DNA of 64,000 bases from Cytophagaceae bacterium UBA7467 (lineage in GTDB: Bacteria; Bacteroidota; Bacteroidia; Cytophagales; Spirosomataceae). Below are positions 50,765 to 61,328 of this stretch, piece by piece. Below the pieces are notes generated by a model. The model had not been told where the DNA came from and searched no databases. It saw only the letters and a program-made list of their open reading frames with translations. The number at the start of each line of letters is the position of its first letter. The stretch's first letter is position 1. The translations under genes and the position numbers were made by a program. The stretch lies in the NCBI GenBank assembly GCA_002479785.1, contig DLPD01000013.1, forward strand, positions 16,726 to 80,725, in the 5' to 3' direction.

Positions 50765-52357
50765 TTACTGTATTACTTTTCCGATACTTCCCGTAGGTTC
50801 ACTGATTTTTAACCAATTCGCTAAGGTGCTTGAAATATCGCTAATGTTTGTTCTTACGCTTATTTCTCTCGGTTTTATATTCCATCCAAAGAATAAAAGG
50901 GGAACGTGCGTGTCATAGGCATACACCGTACTGTGAGAAGCCCCTGTTTTGTAACCTGAAACCCATTGTGGTCTTAATAAATACATGAAATCACCGCTTC
51001 TGGCTTGGTTGTATCCATTCGTTAAGATTTCTCTGTAAACGGCTGGAATAGGGCTTAATCCTACCTCCCGCATGTTAATGAATTCAGCAACTCCGGGTTG
51101 GCGTTTGAATGTTTTCTCCAAAATCGTTCCCACCACCTCTTTCGAAATTCGCAATCTATCCAGGTTTGCGTGATTCAAGTAGATTTGGTTGTTTTCCACT
51201 CCTACGATCAGGTTAACATCGCCAAACTCTTTTCTTAATGCCTCTTTAGCTTCCGTCACCGCTTTTTCTGTCTCAAAAGTACCACCTGGCATTCGTTTGC
51301 TCTTCAGATAGTGTTGATTGTCAGCTACCGCATGATCTGCTGTTAAAAAAACGAGGTATTGATTTTTGCCTATTTTGGCATCTAAATAATCTAAAATTTC
51401 AGCGATGTCTTTATCCAAACGTAAATAAGTATCCTCTACTTCGATGGATTGAGGTCCAAAGGCGTGGCCCACATAATCCGTTGACGAAAAGCTCAGCGCT
51501 AAGAAATCAGTCGTTCCATTTTTACCTAATTTTTCTTCATCGAGAGCCTTCAACGCAAAATCTTTTAATAAACTGTTGCCATGAGGGGTTTTACGAAAAC
51601 CCTCTAGCATATTCCTACCTTTTAAGTCGTGTGGGAAAGTGGGCGTTTTTTCATCCCCAATTATGCCTTCATAAGGGCTATCATCTTCCGCTGATCGTGT
51701 GTAAGTGGCGATAGGATACAAGGTATTCCATCCTTGATTCAGGTATTTTTGGGGTCTACCTTCTAAATTAAATTTTTGCACCCAAGTGGGTAATTCTTTC
51801 ATATAAAAGGTAGAAGAAATCCAGTACCCATCGGCTGAATCATACCAATAAGAAGCATCCGCTGTATGTCCTCCTGGTATGATTGAACCCCGATCTTTCA
51901 AGGATATGGCAATCGTTTTTGACTTGTAATTCTGAGCCATCTTTAATTGGTCAGTGATGGTAGAGGTAAAAAGATTGCGGGGAGACATCATGCCAGCTCT
52001 ACTTTTACTCCCTACCGTTTGAACCGTTGAGTCATCCACACAGTATACTCTTTTGCCGGATGCCACATCAATCCAATCATTTTCAACAATACCGTGAATG
52101 GCAGGAACGGATCCAGTATATATGCTTGCATGTCCGGCTGCGGTGACGGTGGGTGCATAGTTGAAATGGTTATCGGTGCAATTGATTCCCTCTTTCATAA
52201 GCCTTTTAAAGCCTTTGTCTGAATATCGGTCATAGTATTTGTATAGGTATTCGTAGCGCATCTGATCTACGACGATTCCTACAACTAAGGCAGGTTTTTT
52301 CTGTGCCAAAGAGGGCAATGACAGTAGTCCTAGGAAAATGAAAAGTAATTTTTTCAT
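50765..52357 (-). CDS. PafA-type alkaline phosphatase
   Basis: VVDQMR, PTVTAAGHASIYTG (Thr nucleophile), KDRG, TDYVGH, TADH, YDTHVPL. Confidence 0.88.
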   Translation of the reverse strand: MKKLLFIFLGLLSLPSLAQKKPALVVGIVVDQMRYEYLYKYYDRYSDKGFKRLMKEGINCTDNHFNYAPTVTAAGHASIYTGSVPAIHGIVENDWIDVASGKRVYCVDDSTVQTVGSKSRAGMMSPRNLFTSTITDQLKMAQNYKSKTIAISLKDRGSIIPGGHTADASYWYDSADGYWISSTFYMKELPTWVQKFNLEGRPQKYLNQGWNTLYPIATYTRSAEDDSPYEGIIGDEKTPTFPHDLKGRNMLEGFRKTPHGNSLLKDFALKALDEEKLGKNGTTDFLALSFSSTDYVGHAFGPQSIEVEDTYLRLDKDIAEILDYLDAKIGKNQYLVFLTADHAVADNQHYLKSKRMPGGTFETEKAVTEAKEALRKEFGDVNLIVGVENNQIYLNHANLDRLRISKEVVGTILEKTFKRQPGVAEFINMREVGLSPIPAVYREILTNGYNQARSGDFMYLLRPQWVSGYKTGASHSTVYAYDTHVPLLFFGWNIKPREISVRTNISDISSTLANWLKISEPTGSIGKVIQ

Positions 52358-52797
52358 AAATATGGGGGGAATTCGTTTAAGATTTTTGTTGAATGATGTA
52401 GTATAATCGTTTCTAAGCCATTCGTAATAACGAGGTACTCGGCTTGCTGTATTTTCTGGTACTGGCTGATTTGTTGTAAGGTGTTTAAATTAATGTCTAC
52501 GTGAGGTGCTTTGCATTCAATCAACATAAAAACCTCGCCGCTGTTCTTGAAAAGTCGAATATCAGTTCTTCTATTCAATTGATCCACCTTCATGCGTCCT
52601 TCAATTTGAAAAAGAGACGCTGGGTAGTTCAATTCATTCACTAAATAATGTAAGCAATGCTGCCTAACCCATTCTTCAGGTGTAAGTAATCGATATTTCT
52701 TAGTGATCTCTTCAAAAATATACAATTTTCCTTCCTTTTTCTTTACTTTGTGTGAATAGGCAGGAAAGACTAAGTTTAATTCTGGAGATGTGATCAT
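52354..52797 (-). CDS. Stand-alone HsdR N-terminal-like PD-(D/E)xK domain protein
   Basis: LTPEEWVRQH, RRTDI, IECKAP, Q..QY, ITNG. Confidence 0.85.
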   Translation of the reverse strand: MITSPELNLVFPAYSHKVKKKEGKLYIFEEITKKYRLLTPEEWVRQHCLHYLVNELNYPASLFQIEGRMKVDQLNRRTDIRLFKNSGEVFMLIECKAPHVDINLNTLQQISQYQKIQQAEYLVITNGLETIILHHSTKILNEFPPYL

Positions 52798-52864
52798 CTT
52801 TATCAATATTAGCTCTAAATTAATCTTTTTGCTTAATTAATTCATCACAAAGGAGTGTATAAAT

Positions 52865-53638
52865 ATGAAAACGAAAGAGGAAATAGTACAGAATTGGTTA
52901 CCCCGCTACACAGGAACGAATACGGAGGATTTTGGACAGTATATCTTGTTAACAAATTTCAAGAATTATGTAGATATGTTTGCGGAGAAATTTGGTGTGG
53001 ATATAAAAGGCCATGATCGTCCCATGCAGACAGCCACGGCACATAATATTACCATTATTAATTTTGGGATGGGTTCTCCCATGGCAGCCACTGTAATGGA
53101 TATTTTATCCGCCATTAGCCCTAAGGCCGTATTGTTTTTAGGGAAATGTGGTGGTTTGAAAAAGAATCTTTCCTTGGGGGATTTAATTCTTCCCATCGCA
53201 GCAGTGAGAGGAGAGGGAACATCGGATGAATACATGCCTAAAGAAATTCCGGCATTGCCATCGTTCCGCTTGCAACGTGCGGTATCTTCGATGATTAAGA
53301 AACATGAGTTAGATTATTGGACAGGCTTAATCTATACCACTAATAGGCGCGTATGGGAACATGATGAGACGTTTAAAGCCTATTTATCAGATATCCGTGC
53401 GATGGGAATTGATATGGAGACAGCCACGATTTTTACGGTAGGTTTTAAAAACAAAATACCTCACGGAGCCCTTTTGTTAGTGTCTGATAACCCAATGACT
53501 CCAGATGGAGTTAAAACAGATGCCAGTGATAAAAAGGTGACAGCTAATTTTGTGGAAAAGCACCTTCAAATTGGGATAGATTCCCTCGAAGAATTAGCGA
53601 ATTCCGGAGAGTCTGTGAAGCACTTACGTTTTGATTAA
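52865..53638 (+). CDS. amn: AMP nucleosidase, Bacteroidota type
   Basis: NWLPRYTG, ILLTNF, FGMGS, GKCGG, YTTNRRVWEHD, DMETAT, LLVSD. Confidence 0.85.
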   Translation: MKTKEEIVQNWLPRYTGTNTEDFGQYILLTNFKNYVDMFAEKFGVDIKGHDRPMQTATAHNITIINFGMGSPMAATVMDILSAISPKAVLFLGKCGGLKKNLSLGDLILPIAAVRGEGTSDEYMPKEIPALPSFRLQRAVSSMIKKHELDYWTGLIYTTNRRVWEHDETFKAYLSDIRAMGIDMETATIFTVGFKNKIPHGALLLVSDNPMTPDGVKTDASDKKVTANFVEKHLQIGIDSLEELANSGESVKHLRFD

Positions 53639-53644
53639 TTTGAT

Positions 53645-53686
53645 TAAATAAAAAAGGCCTTCTGAATGGAAGGCCTTTTTTATTTA
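53645..53686. terminator. Bidirectional intrinsic terminator
   Basis: taaataaaaaaggccttc-tgaatg-gaaggccttttttattta. Confidence 0.9.
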
Positions 53687-55036
53687 GTTACAATAATCTC
53701 GAATCACATTATAGGCGCCGGAGTAACCCAATTCACCCGCTTTACTTAAATCCAAGCAGCCTGTATTGTCGTTTAATGCAAGCTTGATGATGCCTCGTAT
53801 GAAATAGGCTTCTGCCATTTTGCTGTTTAATGCAATGGCATTATTGCAATCTTGAATGGCGTTTCGTTGGTCACCTAGACTGGATTTTGCGATTCCCCTT
53901 TGGAAATAGGCCTCAGCGTAGGTAGGATGGAAAGAGATAGCTCGGTTATAATCATCGATGGCGCTCTTCGGATCACCTGATTTTAATTTGGCTAAACCAC
54001 GGAGGAAAAATACCTCCGCTCTCCCGGCACTCATGTCGCTCATTTTGGATTTATCCACTAAACCATTGCGGAGTTCGTCTAATTGAATTTTGCCTAGCTT
54101 AGCTGTATACAGGATTTTTGCATTTTCATTATTCCCAAACTCAATAGCTTTAGTGAAATCTTCCATCGCTGCCCGTTGGTCGCCTAATTTAGCTTTGACG
54201 AATCCACGACCATACATTGCCTCGATATTCTCAGGATCTAATTCTAGTGCTTTATTGAAGTCTTCTAGTGCTCCTTTTTCTCCATTCTCACCTCTATAAT
54301 TTTCCAATTGAGCTTTGCACAATCCTGAATAATACCAATCTTCTGATTTTTCCGGACTTAATTTTAATACTTCTGTAAAATCGGCTAGGGCACCCTTGAA
54401 ATCTGCTATTTTCATCTTGGCAAAGGCACGGCCAGAAAGATAATTCGTGCGCTTTGGCGTTATTTCAATGGCTTTATTGTAGTCTTCTATGCTTCCAGCG
54501 TAATCGCCCAATTTTGATTTGCTATCCGCTCTAACAGCTAGTGTAGGGGCATAATCAGGTAGCAATTCGAGTGATTTATTGAAATCAGTGATGGCGCCAC
54601 GGTAGTTTTCTAATTTGTTTTTAGAAATCCCTCTACTTAAATAGGCTGTTCCCTCTAATGGATTTAGACGTATTGCTTCGTTGTAATCTTGAATGGCTAA
54701 AGGGTGGTTATCTTGCTTGCTGTAGCTTTGGCCGCGGGCAATGAAAGCTTCGAAGTAGTTAGGTTTTAATTCCAGCGCTTTATTGAAGTCCAAAATAGCC
54801 CCTTGAAAATCCTTTAAGTTGTATTTAGCAAAACCGCGGTTGTAAAAAGCAATGGGATTCGGATTAGCCGCTGTTTTCTCGATTTCAAGGCTGAAGTTGC
54901 GCAAGGCATCAGCATAATTCCCTGTTTTATTCTGGTTTAAACCAATTTCTAGATGATTTATTTCAGCTGTTTGTGCAGATAAGGAGAAATGGCAAGCCAA
55001 GATGGCGAAGGCTAACATGCCCACTTTGAATTTCAT
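53684..55036 (-). CDS. Secreted multi-TPR protein
   Basis: Signal peptide; about 10 RG.AK..L.D..GA..D.NKA.EL.P repeats. Confidence 0.88.
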   Translation of the reverse strand: MKFKVGMLAFAILACHFSLSAQTAEINHLEIGLNQNKTGNYADALRNFSLEIEKTAANPNPIAFYNRGFAKYNLKDFQGAILDFNKALELKPNYFEAFIARGQSYSKQDNHPLAIQDYNEAIRLNPLEGTAYLSRGISKNKLENYRGAITDFNKSLELLPDYAPTLAVRADSKSKLGDYAGSIEDYNKAIEITPKRTNYLSGRAFAKMKIADFKGALADFTEVLKLSPEKSEDWYYSGLCKAQLENYRGENGEKGALEDFNKALELDPENIEAMYGRGFVKAKLGDQRAAMEDFTKAIEFGNNENAKILYTAKLGKIQLDELRNGLVDKSKMSDMSAGRAEVFFLRGLAKLKSGDPKSAIDDYNRAISFHPTYAEAYFQRGIAKSSLGDQRNAIQDCNNAIALNSKMAEAYFIRGIIKLALNDNTGCLDLSKAGELGYSGAYNVIRDYCN

Positions 55037-55068
55037 AGCAACTTATTTTTTTGTAAAAATAAGCGAAA

Positions 55069-55977
55069 TTAATGGCTTGTTAAAATTTGAATCCCCCCAA
55101 AAACAAGGATCAAAAACAGCGTTCTCAAGGCCGTTTTTTTTAAATAAGGATCGATTTGTTCAGAAGTCATTCCAGGGTGTAGTTCTCGGAATAGTTGAAT
55201 GATGGGATAAACACCCACCAGAAGTAATTGTTGATTTATTCCTATTTTAATTCCAGCGACTAATGGATAGGCATAGAAGCAAGCAATGGCGATTAAATAG
55301 AGTGCTTTTTGGTAATAGAAACCGAATGTTTTGCCTATTCGTACAGGTATTGAATTTTTACCCGTTTTGATATCATTTTCAATGTCTCGCAAATTATTCA
55401 AATTCAAAACGGCCACAGATAATAATCCGCATCCAGATGCCGGTAAGAAAATGGCATAATTTACGTGATAGGTTTGTAAATAATAGGTGCCCACCGTTCC
55501 GATAAGACCGAAAAAGAGAAATACGGAAAGGTCTCCAAGCCCCATGTAACCATAAGGTCTTTTTCCAACCGTATAGGCGATGGCAGCAGCTATCGCGGCA
55601 AGTCCTAATCCTAAAAAAGTGCCCCATATTTCAATGGATGCGTTTTTTAACCCAAAGTACAAAAGCGAAACTCCAGCTATAAAAGAAAGAACCGCTGTCC
55701 ATAAAACAGCAGTTCTCATCTCTTGTTGACTAATTTTACCTGTTTGAACGGATCTTAATGCCACTTTGCGATCCACATTATCTACTCCGTTAGAAAAGTC
55801 TCCTAGGTCGTTCGCAAAGTTGGAAAGGATTTGTAATAAAAGGGTAGTTAGCGTGGCTAAAATGGCAATTAGGAAATCGAATTTCCCAGAGGCATACGCT
55901 AAAAAATTGCCTAATAAAATACTTCCGACAGCTAGCGGTAAGGTTCTTGGTCTTGCCGCGTCCACCCATCTATTCAT
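55069..55977 (-). CDS. menA: 1,4-dihydroxy-2-naphthoate prenyltransferase
   Basis: ARPRTLPLA, SNFANDLGD, YGYMGLGD, NNLRDIENDIKTGK. Confidence 0.92.
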   Translation of the reverse strand: MNRWVDAARPRTLPLAVGSILLGNFLAYASGKFDFLIAILATLTTLLLQILSNFANDLGDFSNGVDNVDRKVALRSVQTGKISQQEMRTAVLWTAVLSFIAGVSLLYFGLKNASIEIWGTFLGLGLAAIAAAIAYTVGKRPYGYMGLGDLSVFLFFGLIGTVGTYYLQTYHVNYAIFLPASGCGLLSVAVLNLNNLRDIENDIKTGKNSIPVRIGKTFGFYYQKALYLIAIACFYAYPLVAGIKIGINQQLLLVGVYPIIQLFRELHPGMTSEQIDPYLKKTALRTLFLILVFGGIQILTSH

Positions 55978-55989
55978 AGTAACTTCCCT

Positions 55990-56616
55990 TTACTTTCCTA
56001 TTGCAGCTAAAAATTCTGGACTGTTAGGTTTAATACCAGAAGCAAAGAAATTTTGTAACTCGCCTTTTTCGTTTATCACGTATTTGCAGAAGTTCCAGCT
56101 TGGTTCTTTGTCGTTCCAGCCATTCTTCGATTTGTCAGAAAGCCATTGGTATAATTCACATTTCCCGGATCCTTTTACTACCACTTTTTCCATCATTTGG
56201 AAAGAAACACCATAATTTAAAGAGCAGAAGGAAGATATTTCTGCATTCGTGCCTGGTTCTTGACCACCAAATTCATTCGCAGGGAACCCTAAAATCACGA
56301 TGTCTTTGTTTTCCTTGTGGAATTTTTCCCAATCAGCGTATTGTGGAGTATAGCCACATTTAGAGGCCGTGTTCAAAACGATAATTTTCTTTCCTTTGAA
56401 TTGTGAGAAATCAATTTCTTTTCCATCAATTCCTTTCATCTTAAAGGAGTGGAAATTCGTAGTCGATGCGGAAATTTCCATTTTTTCTGGTCTATTTAAG
56501 ACTGTTTTTTGGGTGAATGGGAGGGCCAAAGCCGTTAATAACGATCCGATTTTCATAAAACTTGCGATCATAATGATGATTATTAAAAGGGTGAGGTAAA
56601 GGTATTTACGTTTCAA
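55990..56616 (-). CDS. Cys-type glutathione peroxidase family protein (start uncertain: TTG 56616 or ATG 56556)
   Basis: NTASKCGYT, GFPANEFGGQEPG, WNFCKY. Confidence 0.9.
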   Translation of the reverse strand: MKRKYLYLTLLIIIIMIASFMKIGSLLTALALPFTQKTVLNRPEKMEISASTTNFHSFKMKGIDGKEIDFSQFKGKKIIVLNTASKCGYTPQYADWEKFHKENKDIVILGFPANEFGGQEPGTNAEISSFCSLNYGVSFQMMEKVVVKGSGKCELYQWLSDKSKNGWNDKEPSWNFCKYVINEKGELQNFFASGIKPNSPEFLAAIGK

Positions 56617-56617
56617 T

Positions 56618-58387
56618 TTACATTCTATTAGGTGAAACTATACCTAATAACGAGGTAGCATGCTGAATTGTTTTTCCTGTCAGTTCAGCTAAGGTAAGTC
56701 GAATGTTTCGCTTCACCTCATTTTCCTCCGACAGAATCGTTTGTTCATTGTAAAATTTATTAAATGTCTTCGCTAAATCGTAGGCATAATTGGCAACGAC
56801 AGAAGGAGCGAAGTTAGCAGCAGCTTGAGCGATTGTTGCCTTGTATTCGCCTAATAAATAGATTAATTCCTGTTCTGATTCTGCTAAGTCGGAATCAGTA
56901 GAAACAGGAGTAATTTCCCCGCCTTTGCGTAATATGGAACAAATACGGGCGTGTGTATATTGAATAAAAGGGCCTGTATTTCCTTGGAAGTCGATTGATT
57001 CTTCCGGGTTAAACAACATACGCTTTTTAGGTTCTACTTTTAGCAAGAAATATTTCAAGGCACCCAAACCCAAGTTGTGAAACAATTCGTTGGATTCCGC
57101 TTCTGTGAAGCCATCGATTTTGCCTAATTCTAAAGTGCGGTCTTTCGCTGTTTGAATCATTTCAGCCATCAAATCATCGGCATCTACTACCGTTCCTTCA
57201 CGTGATTTCATCTTACCGCTTGGTAAATCCACCATGCCATAAGATAGGTGGAAATTACCTTGAGAGAAAGGCTTGTTTAACTTCTTTAGAATATGAAAAA
57301 GTACCTCGAAGTGGTAATCTTGCTCATTACCCACCACATAAACCGATTGATTCGCTTTGAAATCTTCGTATTTTAATTGGGCAGTTCCCATATCTTGGGT
57401 GATGTATACGGAAGTTCCGTCTTTACGTAAAACTAATTTCTCATCTAAACCTTCGGTTTCTAAATTAATCCAAACAGACCCATCTGGCTTTTGGAAAAAT
57501 ACACCCGATGCTAATCCTTCGTCCACTAATTGTTTGCCTAATAAATAGGTATTGGATTCGCGGTAGATTTTATCGAAAGATACGCCCATTGTTTGGTAGG
57601 ACTTTTCAAAACCAGCGAAAACCCAACCATTCATGGTGTTCCACAGATTCATCACTTCTTCGTCTCCTTGTTCCCATTGTAATAGCATTTCTTGCGCTTT
57701 GAGTAGGATAGGAGCCTCTTTTTTGGCCTGCTCTTCTTCCAATCCTTGAGCTTTCAAAGCTGCGATTTCCTCTTTGTAAGCCACATCAAAAGCTACATAG
57801 TATTTACCCACTAAATGATCACCTTTTAATCCCGAGGATTCTGGAGTTTCTTGCTCGCCAAATAGCTGGTAGGCTAACATTGACTTACAAATGTGAATGC
57901 CTCGATCATTCACTAAATTGGTTTTAACCACCTCGTAGCCGCCAGCCGCTAAGATTTGTGCTACAGAAAAGCCCAAAAAATTGTTGCGTAAATGGCCTAA
58001 ATGTAAAGGTTTATTGGTGTTAGGGGAAGAGTATTCAATGAGTACTTTTTCGCCTTTTGATTCAAGTTGGAATGGATTTTTATCAGAAGCTACACTGGCT
58101 AATAAACCTAACCAAGCGCTATCGTGTACGGAGATATTTAAAAATCCTTGCACGACCTGATACGTTTTTACGATGGAACAATTAGCCAATAAATAGTCGC
58201 CTAAATCAGTGGCAATGGCAGCAGGAGCCTTACCTGCTTGTTTTGTGTAAGGAAAAACGACTAAGGTATACGATCCTTCAAACTCTTTTTTAGTCTCTTG
58301 TAATACTATTTCAGTTACATCGATTTGAAAAAGCGTTTTTAATCCTTTAGCAAGTTCTTGCTGTAATTGTTGTTGAATAGTGGACAT
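56618..58387 (-). CDS. argS: Arginine--tRNA ligase
   Basis: EYSSPNTNKPLHLGH, KMKSREG, GNTGPFIQY.HAR. Confidence 0.96.
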   Translation of the reverse strand: MSTIQQQLQQELAKGLKTLFQIDVTEIVLQETKKEFEGSYTLVVFPYTKQAGKAPAAIATDLGDYLLANCSIVKTYQVVQGFLNISVHDSAWLGLLASVASDKNPFQLESKGEKVLIEYSSPNTNKPLHLGHLRNNFLGFSVAQILAAGGYEVVKTNLVNDRGIHICKSMLAYQLFGEQETPESSGLKGDHLVGKYYVAFDVAYKEEIAALKAQGLEEEQAKKEAPILLKAQEMLLQWEQGDEEVMNLWNTMNGWVFAGFEKSYQTMGVSFDKIYRESNTYLLGKQLVDEGLASGVFFQKPDGSVWINLETEGLDEKLVLRKDGTSVYITQDMGTAQLKYEDFKANQSVYVVGNEQDYHFEVLFHILKKLNKPFSQGNFHLSYGMVDLPSGKMKSREGTVVDADDLMAEMIQTAKDRTLELGKIDGFTEAESNELFHNLGLGALKYFLLKVEPKKRMLFNPEESIDFQGNTGPFIQYTHARICSILRKGGEITPVSTDSDLAESEQELIYLLGEYKATIAQAAANFAPSVVANYAYDLAKTFNKFYNEQTILSEENEVKRNIRLTLAELTGKTIQHATSLLGIVSPNRM

Positions 58388-58413
58388 CTAATTGGCTGTA
58401 ATTTATCAATCTG

Positions 58414-58483
58414 CAAAGGTAGCTAAATTCGGTCTAAACATTGCCTCTGATGCTCAGAAATGAATAAATTAATCTTACCTTTG
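58414..58483. promoter_or_regulatory. Divergent -7 promoter pair (argS / tsaC-cca)
   Basis: TACCTTTG on the minus strand (58414-58421) and on the plus strand (58476-58483). Confidence 0.6.
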
Positions 58484-58491
58484 CTTTAATT

Positions 58492-59055
58492 ATGCAAAAT
58501 ACGTACCACGAGGCAATTCAAACTTTAAAATCAGGAGGCGTGTTGTTATATCCCAGTGATACGATCTGGGGAATAGGATGTGATGTGCGAAATGATCGAG
58601 CGATTGATAAGATTTTGGAATTAAAAAATCGACCAGCTTCTAAAGGTTTGATTGTCTTGATTTCTAAAATAGAGCAATTGAGCGAATACGTGGAGCAGGT
58701 GCCTGATATCGCTTGGGATTTAGTGGAATTTGCGGAAAACCCTTTGACGGTAATTTACCCTAAGGGAAAGAATGTCTCACCCTCTTTATTAGGGCCTAAT
58801 GGAAGCATTGCCATCCGTTTGGTTAAGGATGAATTTTGCAAAGGCTTGATTTACCGCTATCAACGAGCCATTCTATCCACCTCTGCCAATCTTTCTGGGG
58901 AGCCTTCTCCATTGAATTTTGATGGGATTTCTCCCGCTATTATTGCTGGAGTGGATCATGTATTGAAAAACCCAGCAGGTGAGGGACCCACCAAAAAGGC
59001 AAGTAAAATTGTGCAATTAGGCCTTCATGGCGACTATAAGTTAATCAGAGGATAG
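58492..59055 (+). CDS. tsaC: L-threonylcarbamoyladenylate synthase (Sua5/YrdC)
   Basis: YPSDTIWGIGCD, KNR..K, STSANLSG. Confidence 0.9.
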   Translation: MQNTYHEAIQTLKSGGVLLYPSDTIWGIGCDVRNDRAIDKILELKNRPASKGLIVLISKIEQLSEYVEQVPDIAWDLVEFAENPLTVIYPKGKNVSPSLLGPNGSIAIRLVKDEFCKGLIYRYQRAILSTSANLSGEPSPLNFDGISPAIIAGVDHVLKNPAGEGPTKKASKIVQLGLHGDYKLIRG

Positions 59056-60495
59056 ATGAAAGAAGGGAAGGAGATTGTATCAGATCCGATATTTTCCAAA
59101 ATTGGTCTCGCAGCTGATCGTTTGGGAGTGGATAGTTACGTCATTGGTGGCTATGTTCGAGATGCAATTTTGGGTAGAGATTGTAAAGATATTGATGTGG
59201 TTTGCATCGGTTCTGGGATTGATTTAGCTTTAGAGGTTGCGAAGGAATTTGATTTGCCTGAACATGCGGTTTCTGTATTTAAGAACTTTGGTACGGCGAT
59301 GATCAAAGTCGATGATTGGGATCTTGAGTTTGTGGGTGCTAGAAAAGAATCCTATAACCGCGATTCTCGTAAGCCAGTGGTCGAAGAGGGAACTTTAGAG
59401 GATGACCAAAACCGCCGAGATTTCACCATCAACGCGATGGCGGTTCAATTGAATAAATCGAATTGGGGCAAATTATTGGATCCATTTAATGGACTTGATG
59501 ATTTGAAAGCCAAAATTATTCGCACCCCATTAGCCCCTGGCATTACATTTTCTGACGATCCACTCCGGATGATGCGTGCGGTTCGCTTCGCCGCACAATT
59601 AGGATTTGATATTTTACCAGAGACTTTTGAAGCCTTAAAAAAGGAGAAAGAACGCTTGTCAATTATTTCGATGGAGCGTATTTCAGACGAATTGAATAAG
59701 ATGATATTGTGTAAAAAACCATCTTATGGCTTTCTATTATTAGATGCTTGCGAAATATTGCCCATCATTTTCCCTGAATTTATGAAGCTGAAAGGCGTGG
59801 ACACGGAAGATGGAAAGGGGCATAAAGATAATTTTTACCACACCTTGCAGGTGCTAGATAATATTGCGGAGCATACAGATGACCTTTGGTGGCGCTGGGC
59901 GGCGATTTTACACGATATTGCCAAACCGCAAACTAAACGTTTCGCACAAGGAAAAGGCTGGACTTTCCATGGTCACGAAGAGATGGGAGCTCGTCAAGTA
60001 CCGAACATCTTTAAACGCTTAAAATTGCCATTAAACGAGAAGATGAAATTAGTCCAAAAGCTAGTTCGTCTTCATTTACGACCGATTGCCTTATCAAAAG
60101 AAGAAATCACCGCATCTGCTTTGCGCCGCCTGTTATTTGAGGCAGGGGAGGAGTTAGAGGCATTGATGACTTTATGCCGAGCTGACATCACCTCCAAAAA
60201 CGGGGATAAAGTCAAACGCTACTTGCGAAATTTTGACATCGTAGAGCAAAAACTAAAAGAGGTAGAGGAAAGCGATTCGCTCCGAAATTTCCAGCCTGTT
60301 TTCTCAGGAGAAATCATAATGCAAGTATTCGACATAGGTCCTGGACGAGAAATTGGCTTAATCAAAATTGCCATGCGCGAGGCAGTTCTAGAGGGAACTA
60401 TCCGAAATGACTTAGCCTCCGGATGGGATTTATTACTTGAGGAAGGACGAAAACTAGATTTAAAACCGGTCATTTCTCTTGCTGAAATTCAATAA
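59056..60495 (+). CDS. cca: CCA tRNA nucleotidyltransferase with HD domain
   Basis: GGYVRD..DID, RRDFTINAMA, DDPLRMMRA, LHDIAK. Confidence 0.88.
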   Translation: MKEGKEIVSDPIFSKIGLAADRLGVDSYVIGGYVRDAILGRDCKDIDVVCIGSGIDLALEVAKEFDLPEHAVSVFKNFGTAMIKVDDWDLEFVGARKESYNRDSRKPVVEEGTLEDDQNRRDFTINAMAVQLNKSNWGKLLDPFNGLDDLKAKIIRTPLAPGITFSDDPLRMMRAVRFAAQLGFDILPETFEALKKEKERLSIISMERISDELNKMILCKKPSYGFLLLDACEILPIIFPEFMKLKGVDTEDGKGHKDNFYHTLQVLDNIAEHTDDLWWRWAAILHDIAKPQTKRFAQGKGWTFHGHEEMGARQVPNIFKRLKLPLNEKMKLVQKLVRLHLRPIALSKEEITASALRRLLFEAGEELEALMTLCRADITSKNGDKVKRYLRNFDIVEQKLKEVEESDSLRNFQPVFSGEIIMQVFDIGPGREIGLIKIAMREAVLEGTIRNDLASGWDLLLEEGRKLDLKPVISLAEIQ

Positions 60496-60522
60496 AAAAG
60501 GCTCCGAATTCGGAGCCTTTTT
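60495..60522. terminator. Bidirectional intrinsic terminator
   Basis: Perfect palindrome aaaaaggctccgaattcggagccttttt. Confidence 0.9.
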
Positions 60523-60543
60523 ACTTTCCTAGGCAGATGTAAA

Positions 60544-61173
60544 TTATAAGTTGATCACTAGATCTTCTTTTGCATAACGTACTTTTGCGGCGTGTGCCAT
60601 AAAGTCATTCGCTGCATCACGCTCACCTACGGCAAGGATTAATACCGAGTGTAAGCCCATCGCTTCTAATCCTAATAACTCATCTAATTGAGCTGGAATA
60701 AATCCTTCCATCGGAGTTGTATCAATTTGTAATTCCCCTGCAGCAGCTAAAGCAGTTCCCATTGCTAAATAAGCTTGGCGTGCTGCCCAGTTTCTTTTTT
60801 CTGCTACGGAACGACCTAAAAGTGAACCCGCGATTGCTCCACGGTAATCACCTAACATGTCCACTGATAGACCACGCGTATCCGCTACCAATTGGATGAA
60901 CGCATCGATTTGTGCTTCTGTGATATCGTTCCAAGCCGCAAATACGAGTAAGTGAGAGGATTCAACAGCTTGTGGCTGGCCATAAGCGATTGGTTGAATT
61001 TTAGCTTTTAATGCTGGGTTTTCTATCACTAGGATTTTATACGGTTGTAAACCAAAACCAGATGCTGAAAGGCGGATTGCTTCTAATAAAGAATCAATTT
61101 TGTCTGCGGAAACTTTGTTTCCTGTCATTCTTTTGGTGGCATAGCGCCACGACAATGAGTCGATTAAAGACAT
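60544..61173 (-). CDS. Nitroreductase (NfsB-like)
   Basis: WRYATK, SASGFGLQPY, DTTPMEGF. Confidence 0.9.
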   Translation of the reverse strand: MSLIDSLSWRYATKRMTGNKVSADKIDSLLEAIRLSASGFGLQPYKILVIENPALKAKIQPIAYGQPQAVESSHLLVFAAWNDITEAQIDAFIQLVADTRGLSVDMLGDYRGAIAGSLLGRSVAEKRNWAARQAYLAMGTALAAAGELQIDTTPMEGFIPAQLDELLGLEAMGLHSVLILAVGERDAANDFMAHAAKVRYAKEDLVINL

Positions 61174-61328
61174 AATGTTGATTAAAGATAAGAGAGTGGA
61201 GATTATAGAGAAAATAGCTTTTAATCTATTTTCTGCGAATAAGCCTAAATAATTTATCGAATTAACTAATTCAAATTCTTTTACTCAAAGCCTCTTTGAG
61301 AGAGCAAAAGAGTATCTCGAGTATTGAT

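Noticed and set aside
52354-52797. Type I restriction-modification defence system
   Set aside because: Only the small N-terminal domain is present; no helicase, methylase or specificity genes
55990-56616. Selenocysteine glutathione peroxidase served by selD
   Set aside because: The active-site codon is TGT (Cys), not TGA
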